From the IMG/VR virus record IMGVR_UViG_3300007735_000616, positions 1 to 32,227 of that record: 32,227 nucleotides of DNA; one strand, 5' to 3'. Under the pieces are notes generated by a model, which was not told where the DNA came from, ran no database searches, and was given only the letters and a program-made list of their open reading frames with translations. Positions 26,017 through 32,227 of this stretch are shown here, piece after piece. The translations under genes and the position numbers were made by a program. Source of the DNA: a virus. Taxonomy: Duplodnaviria > Caudoviricetes. How positions within the stretch are numbered: the stretch's first letter is position 1; every line of letters starts with the position of its first letter.

Positions 26017-27807
26017 TTATCTTCTGGCTATTGTTCTCACACTTGCGTTTGCTTCGCCACCTGATGTAAGGCTTGAAAGAATACTCATAATGTCTGGCGC
26101 TGGTTGTCCACCTTCAGTTACTTCAGGAGGAAGAGCGCCTCCTGTTAGGACGCCAGAGGGAGCAGGGGACGTTTGCTCAACCATAGAAGGGGCAGCCCCA
26201 ACAGGAGGAACTTGTTCTGCAGGTACTGGCTCTGGCGTAAATACTTGTTGAATTGCATCTTCAAGTGCCATACCACGTTGACGCATTTTAATAACCTCAG
26301 CAATTTGTTTAACAATTGCAGATGCGTCTTGTCCTTGTGTAGCCATTGCAGGAATCGCTTGGGTGTATGCGGTTAGAGAACCAAGCAAAGCCTGGCGCAT
26401 ACTCTCAACTTCAATTTTTTCTAACTCTTGTGTTACGTTTACGCTAAATGGCAACTCACGCATAGCCAAATCTTTAGAGATTAAGCCACCACCAAGTGCT
26501 TGTAGCATAAAAATAAGTCCCTGTGCTGGGTTAAGACCAGCCAACATTCCATAACGAACATCTGCTGAGTAATCACCCTTGATGTCTTTTACTGGATTGT
26601 AAGTAATTTCGTATGGTGACCCAGCATCTACACCACGAATTGTCTTCTCTGCTGGGAAAAGTTTCTCATCAACCTCAAAGCAAATCTGAATTACATCACG
26701 TAATGCACTTGCAAAGATTGCTTGGGCTGATTTAACTTGGGTATCAAAGGCACCCATAAGGGCTTGTACACCTTGACCAGTTACAATTGATGCATCAATG
26801 TTTCCAGTACGTCCTTCTGGATAACGTGCACCTGTTCTTAATTCTTGATTTAGTAATGTTTGCTCAGTAAATGCACCTTGTGGAAGGGTAAGTTCTACAC
26901 GGCGTACACCACCAGGTGTGGCTGTGCGGATAATCGCATCTCCACCAAGTTGCAATTCGTTAACATCAGCAGGTACAACAATAGGAGCCTGTACAGATTT
27001 CTCTGCTGCTTCCATTGCAAGTAAGGCAAATCGGTTACGAAGTAACTGAATACCTAGGATGTCATCAAATTGTCCACGCATTTCACCATCAACAGATGGC
27101 TTACGTGCCACAACAACCATCATCTTACCTAGAGGGTTCTTAGCCTCTGATAAAACTAAATTATCTTTGGTTGGCAAATAGATAATAGACTGGTCTTTAT
27201 CATAATAGCGAATCATTTCAATCTGAGCGTTAAGGTCTTGCTCATAGCGTAGTTTGCCTAGGAGTTGATACTCATACTCAGGGAATAACGAAACAAGTTC
27301 GCCCAAGGTCAGCATATATCTTTTAGCAAATGCAACACAGCGTCCATAGCGGTCAAACTCAGGGTAAGCACCAATTGGGTTTTCTAGGCGGATGCGTGGC
27401 ATCTTTGCTTCTTCATCCAGTTCAATAATGAACGGGAGGAAACCATATGTGATATACCAATCAGCACCAGAGTACATCTGTACTGATAAGTCAGAGTGAT
27501 TAAAATAGTTTGATGCTATACGTGTGCGGGTATCTGCAAATTTACGGGCACGGTCTTTGACAGCATTGGCAGCAGAACAGTTAACTGCTGGTAGTGGAGC
27601 CATAACCTCAGAAAGGTCACGGGCTACAATGTCAACAAAGTTTGCTACTACGTTAGAGTCAACGCCCTCTGGGAAGAAATCAGGATAGACAGAAGCAATT
27701 TCTCCCTTGCGTACTGCAAGAACATCTAGTGCACGGGAATCTCTATCGGTAGCACGATAACGCAGAGAGGCAACTCGTGCTGCAATCTGCTCAATTGATA
27801 ATGCCAT
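26017..27807 (-). CDS. Portal protein
   Basis: 596 aa directly after the terminase, with helical core and Pro/Ala-rich disordered C-terminus. Confidence 0.85.
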   Translation of the reverse strand: MALSIEQIAARVASLRYRATDRDSRALDVLAVRKGEIASVYPDFFPEGVDSNVVANFVDIVARDLSEVMAPLPAVNCSAANAVKDRARKFADTRTRIASNYFNHSDLSVQMYSGADWYITYGFLPFIIELDEEAKMPRIRLENPIGAYPEFDRYGRCVAFAKRYMLTLGELVSLFPEYEYQLLGKLRYEQDLNAQIEMIRYYDKDQSIIYLPTKDNLVLSEAKNPLGKMMVVVARKPSVDGEMRGQFDDILGIQLLRNRFALLAMEAAEKSVQAPIVVPADVNELQLGGDAIIRTATPGGVRRVELTLPQGAFTEQTLLNQELRTGARYPEGRTGNIDASIVTGQGVQALMGAFDTQVKSAQAIFASALRDVIQICFEVDEKLFPAEKTIRGVDAGSPYEITYNPVKDIKGDYSADVRYGMLAGLNPAQGLIFMLQALGGGLISKDLAMRELPFSVNVTQELEKIEVESMRQALLGSLTAYTQAIPAMATQGQDASAIVKQIAEVIKMRQRGMALEDAIQQVFTPEPVPAEQVPPVGAAPSMVEQTSPAPSGVLTGGALPPEVTEGGQPAPDIMSILSSLTSGGEANASVRTIARR

Positions 27808-27814
27808 TTATATC

Positions 27815-29680
27815 CTAACCATAAGTGTCTTGCCATTGCTCTGCAATAGCGTCGTCTAAATTAATCGTGTAGCGACCTTGCATTTGTCTTCTTGTTGCCC
27901 AGCGATTGTTTGTATATGAAGTCAAGCCTGAACTCTTCTGCATTAACTCACGAACCTTGATAACTGCAAACCATAAAGCCATTACGCAGTCGGTGGCATT
28001 TCTAGTCTCAGGCTTCCAAGTAATTAACTGTTGGACTAACGCCTTAAGACCTTCAGAGCCTTCATTGCTTGGTAGTTCAATTAAGTTGTTATCTTGAAAT
28101 CTGCCATCTCGCAGGTTTCCAAATAAGGCTGCCATAGATGCTACACCGAAAGATGTATCCCATTTGTTCTTACCAGTAAAGTGTGAGTTTAGTTGGCAAC
28201 CGTGAGCAGCCAGCCAGTTTCTTAACTCATCATCTAAGGCGTAAGCCTTCTGGTGAGCGTTAATCTCAATACGTAATTCTTGTGGTTTAAATCTTTGAAC
28301 CCACTCTTCGATAAGTTCTCGAATCTTTAAAGGTGTAGGTTCGGTCATATTGGCACAATCTAAAACATAAATCTTGCCATCTGCTTTATTGTAGGTAACT
28401 GCAACTGCTGCAGTAGCACCAGCCATAGCGGGGTCTAGCCCTATGATGGTATATGCCTCAACATTTTTTGGATGACCAGGTGCCCCAGGTTTTAGCGGTC
28501 CACGCTTTCGCATTCCGTTGACACATCCTGCGACAGAGCCTGGTGCAAAGATTGCGTCTTGGGTGACGTCTTCTTGTTGGTAGACCATAGCCCAGACACT
28601 CGGAGCAACTTCAGACCGCCTTGTAAATAACGCGGGTCCATCCCATTTCGGATAAAGTCCATTTTCGTCCGCCTCGTCCTTATCACCTTCGGCTCTATCA
28701 GTTTTTGCCCAAAGGGTTTTCCAGTTTTCTGGCTTCTCATCAAACTCTAAAACGGCTGGCATTGCACAGTATGTAAATGGCGATTTGCCACCAGTCCAGT
28801 TTGAGCCATCTCGTATCTGTTTATATAAATCTATAGGGGCGACACGGGTTCCTACGATAAGTAGTTTTCCGTGCCGACCCAAACGTGTGATAACTTCTTT
28901 CTGAAGCCATTCAATTTGCTTTTCCCACTCGTGGGCGTTTGAGTTCATCACAACATCATCTAGGATAATCAGGTCAGCACGGGCACCGTAAATCTGAGAC
29001 CCAAATCCTAAAGCCTGTACCGTAGGGTCTTTTTCGCCAGAGTCTCGTCCAGCACCTAGGTAAATCATATCTGCTGACCAAGTAGGTGAGTCAGCCTTGT
29101 ATCCGCCGTTTGGTCCAAATGCCATCTGTAACTTAATCCAAGATGGGTGGGATAGGCGGGTCTTTATGGCACTTAAAAATTTTCTAGCCATACCCTGAGT
29201 TTTAGAAACAATAATGATTCGCACGTTGGGTTCAGTTGCAATTCGGTAGGTTACGTAGTTAATCGTAATCACCGTTGACTTGGCGTGCTCAGGGGGTACG
29301 TTTATTAAAACTCGGTTGGGAGCGCCTGGTTCATAAATTATCGCAGGTGGCTGCCAGCGTGGTGGCAAGCCATCAATTAAGTCAATCCAGTTTAACTGGT
29401 GAGGAAATAGTTTAGTTTCTAAGAACTGCTCAGAGAATTCGGGGAAGGTAATACCCTTAAGGTTAGATAGGTCAGCCTTGACACCTTTACCCGCAAGGCG
29501 GGCTTTGTCGGCTAAATCTTTAAACTCAGGTTGGTTCATTGACCATTGGCGGAAGGTTACTTCATTCCTACCAACAGCCTTCATAGCATCAACGATAGTT
29601 GAGCCTTGGCTCAGTAATTCCAGAACTTGCTTCTGGGCTGCTTCCTTTGGGATGTTTTGTATCCCAGGTTTTCTACCCAT
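27815..29680 (-). CDS. terL: Terminase large subunit with N-terminal HTH extension
   Basis: LFPHQ, Walker A variant VPPEHAKST, GARADLIILDD Walker B, VGTR coupling motif, IIGLDPA nuclease motif and DCVMALW. Confidence 0.93.
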   Translation of the reverse strand: MGRKPGIQNIPKEAAQKQVLELLSQGSTIVDAMKAVGRNEVTFRQWSMNQPEFKDLADKARLAGKGVKADLSNLKGITFPEFSEQFLETKLFPHQLNWIDLIDGLPPRWQPPAIIYEPGAPNRVLINVPPEHAKSTVITINYVTYRIATEPNVRIIIVSKTQGMARKFLSAIKTRLSHPSWIKLQMAFGPNGGYKADSPTWSADMIYLGAGRDSGEKDPTVQALGFGSQIYGARADLIILDDVVMNSNAHEWEKQIEWLQKEVITRLGRHGKLLIVGTRVAPIDLYKQIRDGSNWTGGKSPFTYCAMPAVLEFDEKPENWKTLWAKTDRAEGDKDEADENGLYPKWDGPALFTRRSEVAPSVWAMVYQQEDVTQDAIFAPGSVAGCVNGMRKRGPLKPGAPGHPKNVEAYTIIGLDPAMAGATAAVAVTYNKADGKIYVLDCANMTEPTPLKIRELIEEWVQRFKPQELRIEINAHQKAYALDDELRNWLAAHGCQLNSHFTGKNKWDTSFGVASMAALFGNLRDGRFQDNNLIELPSNEGSEGLKALVQQLITWKPETRNATDCVMALWFAVIKVRELMQKSSGLTSYTNNRWATRRQMQGRYTINLDDAIAEQWQDTYG

Positions 29681-29736
29681 ACGTCTCCCCTTAAAACATA
29701 GATTAAACGCCCCTAGTAAACGGGCAGTATACCCCC

Positions 29737-29830
29737 ATATATATTATTATATATATTATATATATTTACGTCGCGTAGCCCGCAGAGGCGGAGCGACGCT
29801 CCTTATAGATATAAATATCTATACATATAA
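29737..29830. promoter_or_regulatory. AT-only tract, GC mini-hairpin and palindrome upstream of terminase
   Basis: TATATATTATTATATATATTATATA at 29738-29762, GGAGC-GAC-GCTCC at 29790-29802, and ATAGATAT-AA-ATATCTAT at 29805-29822. Confidence 0.6.
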
Positions 29831-30202
29831 GATAACCTGTTCAAATCGTAAAACCGAACATATTTATACAAAGTATTTTTAAATAGTCGCCCTCTGGCGA
29901 CAGAAGTATTGATTTATACTACTTATGGGGGGATATAACAGAAATATTTAGGGTGAGTATACTTACATATAAGTAAGCATTTTTAATCAATGTACCCTCA
30001 AACATTCTGCCCTTACCCTTTTTTTGTCCTACCTCTTCCCGTCTTAAGACGTATTAGTTAATTAGATGTAATTAATATTATGTAAAGTTATATTTAAATC
30101 CAGATTTCTGGCAAGAAATGAACGCAGAATCATTTGAACGGGTGGTGACTATTTCCCCTCCCCTTTCTCGTGGGGGGTAGGAATAGAATCCAGATAGACC
30201 CG

Positions 30203-30229
30203 TCTCAAATATTGAGAAGATTTATCTCA
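30203..30229. promoter_or_regulatory. Operator-like inverted repeats TCTCA-N5-TGAGA-N7-TCTCA
   Basis: Read directly, upstream of the first early promoter. Confidence 0.4.
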
Positions 30230-30247
30230 TAATCCATAGGCAAAAGA

Positions 30248-30263
30248 TGTGACGCAATTAACA
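30248..30263. promoter_or_regulatory. CRP/GlxR-type box (1 mismatch)
   Basis: TGTGA-CGCAAT-TAACA. Confidence 0.5.
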
Positions 30264-30273
30264 CCAGAAATGC

Positions 30274-30302
30274 TTGACTTGGTGGAAAGATTGATATACC
30301 TT
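30274..30302 (+). promoter_or_regulatory. Sigma70/SigA-type early promoter
   Basis: TTGACT, 17 nt spacer, TACCTT; the leader hairpin begins 8 nt later. Confidence 0.7.
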
Positions 30303-30309
30303 TTTCCTA

Positions 30310-30344
30310 GTGGGAAAAGCCCACCTTAAGACGGGAGAAAAGCA
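30310..30344 (+). promoter_or_regulatory. Leader element copy 1 (hairpin + start-associated motif)
   Basis: GTGGG-AAAAG-CCCAC then CTTAAGACGGGAGAAAA-GCA-ATG. Confidence 0.75.
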
Positions 30345-31022
30345 ATGAAGACAACAACAAGAAAGACCGCAAAAGTTGAGGACATCTTTCAACTTAAAAC
30401 CGAATCTCTAAGCCCAATCACTACCGCATTAGAAAAGGCTCACGAGATTATCAAAAAGGAAACCGACGCGCCCCGCGCCACAATCACAATAACCAGAAAC
30501 ACCAAGGGCAAAAAAGCACACTTCACACACTATAAGCCTTGGAAATCTGGTGAAGAATCTTTCAATGAAATTATGTTTAACGCCGATTTCTTTAAGAATG
30601 GGGCTGAGGGCGTACTTTCAACTCTAATCCACGAGATAAGCCATTCAATCAACTATAAGAATGGAATCTCAGATTGTACCGACGAGCAATACCACAACAA
30701 GCAATTTGCAAAAGTTGCCGAGGGCTTAGGTCTTAAGGTGGAAAAGGTTAAGCGTTTCGGATTTGCCCTAACTACACTTACACCAGAGGGCAAGGAAAAA
30801 TGGGCAGAGGCTTTAAACGTAATCGAAGAGGCTTTAAAGATTACCGCCATTCAAGAATCAGAATCAGCCCCTAAGGGACGCAATAAGAACTTATTGGTGG
30901 CTAGTTGCAACTGCGGGGAAAAAATCCGCTTAAGTCTTAAGACACTAGAGAAAACCCGCCCTACCTGCCAAGCCTGTAAATCAGAGTTCAAGACCGAAGA
31001 GGAAGAGGGCGACGACAACTAG
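30345..31022 (+). CDS. SprT-like zinc metalloprotease with C-terminal zinc ribbon
   Basis: TLIHEISH (HExxH), YHNKQF third ligand, and CNC...CQAC. Confidence 0.85.
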   Translation: MKTTTRKTAKVEDIFQLKTESLSPITTALEKAHEIIKKETDAPRATITITRNTKGKKAHFTHYKPWKSGEESFNEIMFNADFFKNGAEGVLSTLIHEISHSINYKNGISDCTDEQYHNKQFAKVAEGLGLKVEKVKRFGFALTTLTPEGKEKWAEALNVIEEALKITAIQESESAPKGRNKNLLVASCNCGEKIRLSLKTLEKTRPTCQACKSEFKTEEEEGDDN

Positions 31023-31029
31023 AAAGAAA

Positions 31030-31082
31030 GCCCCCGCACCCTTAACCAGAGGGCGCAGATTCAAGACCTAGCGGGGGCACGA
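31030..31082 (+). ncRNA. tRNA-like mini-structure (acceptor-like stem, small hairpin, T-loop-like segment)
   Basis: GCCCCCGC/GCGGGGGC closing stem, inner CCCT/AGGG, GCAGA-TTCAAGA-CCTA, and 3' ACGA. Confidence 0.4.
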
Positions 31083-31123
31083 GTTAGGGACAAGCCCTAA
31101 CCAATTAAGACAGGAGAAAAGAA
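31083..31123 (+). promoter_or_regulatory. Leader element copy 2
   Basis: GTTAGGG-ACAAG-CCCTAAC then TTAAGACAGGAGAAAA-GAA-ATG. Confidence 0.75.
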
Positions 31124-31294
31124 ATGAAAGTGCACCAATTTACTAAAGATGAAATCACAATCGCAGGAGTTAAGGCAATGACTATCGCCCGCCTATTGGA
31201 AGAGTACGCAAACTCTGAGGGTGAAGGGGCATTACCTACAAGCAAGCGTCAGGCGTGGAATATAGCCCAAGACCTAAAGGAAGAGGTTAAATAA
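31124..31294 (+). CDS. 56-aa early hypothetical protein (MKVHQFTKDEITIAGVK...LKEEVK)
   Basis: Hand-translated; strong RBS and TAATG link to the next gene. Confidence 0.75.
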   Translation: MKVHQFTKDEITIAGVKAMTIARLLEEYANSEGEGALPTSKRQAWNIAQDLKEEVK

Positions 31295-31461
31295 TGAAAA
31301 TCACCTATACAATTTGGCAAGGTTCTTTGGTCAAATCTGGAGAGTTAACTGCAAAAAGTATCGAAGAGATTAACTCTCAAATTGCAGAGTTGAACTCTTT
31401 AAAGGACGGTTCAAGCAGAGTTCTAAAGTTTGAGCCTTTCATTCACAAGATAGAAAACTAA
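31294..31461 (+). CDS. 55-aa early hypothetical protein (MKITYTIWQGSLVK...HKIEN)
   Basis: Hand-translated; GAGG RBS and TAATG overlap. Confidence 0.75.
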   Translation: MKITYTIWQGSLVKSGELTAKSIEEINSQIAELNSLKDGSSRVLKFEPFIHKIEN

Positions 31462-31481
31462 ATACAACTTAAGACGGAAAA

Positions 31482-31497
31482 TGTGATTCAATTCACA
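31482..31497. promoter_or_regulatory. Perfect CRP/GlxR consensus box
   Basis: TGTGA-TTCAAT-TCACA, intergenic, 50 nt before a TACCAT -10 at 31532-31537. Confidence 0.65.
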
Positions 31498-31547
31498 GCC
31501 CCAAATAGTTAAAGGCTACGGGTATTCGAGATACCATTGGGGCACTA

Positions 31548-31589
31548 GGTTAAGGACAAGCCTTAGCCTTTTAAGATAGGAGAAAAGAA
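31548..31589 (+). promoter_or_regulatory. Leader element copy 3
   Basis: GGTTAAGG-ACAAG-CCTTAGCC then TTAAGATAGGAGAAAA-GAA-ATG. Confidence 0.75.
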
Positions 31590-31856
31590 ATGCTAATCAA
31601 AATCGCAACAGATAACGACGCAAGCGGAAACCCTCGCAGAGGTTGGCTAAAGACAACGGCAAGCGGTCAGGTTCTAGGCTGGATTGAGGAGGGCTACCTC
31701 GGAAGAGGGGCAATCGAAGGCTACGACGACGGCGAGAGTCCTACAATCTACGTCAAAGTCAGAGAATACAAACGCTTCAAAAAGTGGGGCGAAACTATTC
31801 AAGAAAACTTCAAGAAAGAACAAGACGTACTACTTAAGACGGGAGTCAGTAATTGA
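31590..31856 (+). CDS. Early hypothetical protein (88 aa)
   Basis: In the ORF track; strong RBS; DASGNPRRGW motif. Confidence 0.8.
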   Translation: MLIKIATDNDASGNPRRGWLKTTASGQVLGWIEEGYLGRGAIEGYDDGESPTIYVKVREYKRFKKWGETIQENFKKEQDVLLKTGVSN

Positions 31857-32011
31857 AACTAACTAAACGAGGACGCAGAGTAAGGGCGGTTATCTTGACC
31901 GCCCTAGGGCTGGGGATTATCTGGCTATTAAACGACGCAACAACGCCCGACCAATGTAAGGTGGAGTTCGAAAGTCTTTCTCAATTCTGCCTTGATTTAC
32001 TTTACAAATAA
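31853..32011 (+). CDS. 52-aa membrane protein (MKLTKRGRRVRAVILTALGLGIIWLLNDATTPDQCKVEFESLSQFCLDLLYK)
   Basis: Hand-translated from TTG after CTTAAGACGGGAG. Basic N-terminus, one TM helix and two distal Cys. Confidence 0.7.
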   Translation: MKLTKRGRRVRAVILTALGLGIIWLLNDATTPDQCKVEFESLSQFCLDLLYK

Positions 32012-32040
32012 AAGCAACGACTTAAGGCAGGAGAAAACAA

Positions 32041-32190
32041 ATGCAAACAATGCAAGACTTAATTGACGCAATAAAACCTATACTACCTAATGCGCTAGTA
32101 ATAGACACCGACGAAGGAATCTTAATCGAAACTAACTTAGAGTTAGGGCTAGGTGGATTACTGCAACCAATGGAAACAGAGGGCGACTAA
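32041..32190 (+). CDS. 49-aa acidic early hypothetical protein
   Basis: Hand-translated; preceded by CTTAAGGCAGGAGAAAA, with a TAATG link to a further truncated ORF at 32190. Confidence 0.7.
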   Translation: MQTMQDLIDAIKPILPNALVIDTDEGILIETNLELGLGGLLQPMETEGD

Positions 32191-32227
32191 TGAAGGGCAC
32201 AAACCAAAACGCAAACCAAGTTTATTG

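Larger units (their letters stand above)
1..32227. mobile_element. Tailed dsDNA bacteriophage genome fragment (podovirus-like, probable actinobacterial host)
   Basis: Terminase, portal, scaffold, capsid, tail, lysis, helicase and exonuclease genes are densely packed with overlapping stop/start codons. No host housekeeping genes, integrase, tape measure or sheath gene was seen. Confidence 0.95.

Noticed and set aside
5438-28097. Many plus-strand ORFs and nested minus-strand alternative-frame ORFs within the late operon
   Set aside because: They are shadows of longer, motif-bearing genes, arise from biased codon usage, and show no recognisable protein motifs.
29478-29882. 134-aa plus-strand ORF
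   Set aside because: It is antisense to terminase and runs through the AT tract, giving low-complexity YYYIYYIY; not a credible gene.
31030-31082. Canonical tRNA gene or attP site
   Set aside because: Too short, no D arm or proper anticodon arm, poor T stem, and no integrase in the window. Kept only as a tRNA-like candidate.
31684-31866. 60-aa alternative-frame ORF
   Set aside because: It overlaps the 88-aa gene, which has the strong leader and RBS.

Overview
This window is about 32 kb of an AT-rich (roughly 40% GC by eye) tailed dsDNA phage genome. It is probably a short-tailed (podovirus-type) phage of Actinobacteria, and plausibly of low-GC freshwater actinobacteria. The host call is inference from the NrdH redoxin, the mycobacteriophage-like helicase/Cas4/gp70-like block and the lysin type. 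Positions 1-2020 (minus strand) hold replication/recombination genes: a DnaB-like helicase, a Zn-finger protein and a Cas4/RecB-like exonuclease split into two ORFs. A lone plus-strand SAM methyltransferase sits at 2195-2809. Positions 2879-29680 are one long minus-strand late operon, in transcription order: terminase with an N-terminal HTH, portal, a proteasome-beta/HslV-like Thr protease, three probable ejection proteins, scaffold, major capsid, a chain of tiny Lys-rich genes, adaptor, tail fibre and fibre cassettes, glycosyltransferase, nozzle, and a lysis cassette interrupted by nrdH. From 30345 to the end are plus-strand early genes, starting with a SprT-like metalloprotease. The least explained signal is a non-coding regulatory layer: a recurring hairpin + TTAAGACAGGAGAAAA + start leader, CRP-type boxes at fixed spacing from two early promoters, a tRNA-like mini-structure, an anti-RBS hairpin, a pseudoknot before scaffold/capsid, and twin AT-rich tracts with GC mini-hairpins. 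All family assignments come from motif recognition; no searches were run.
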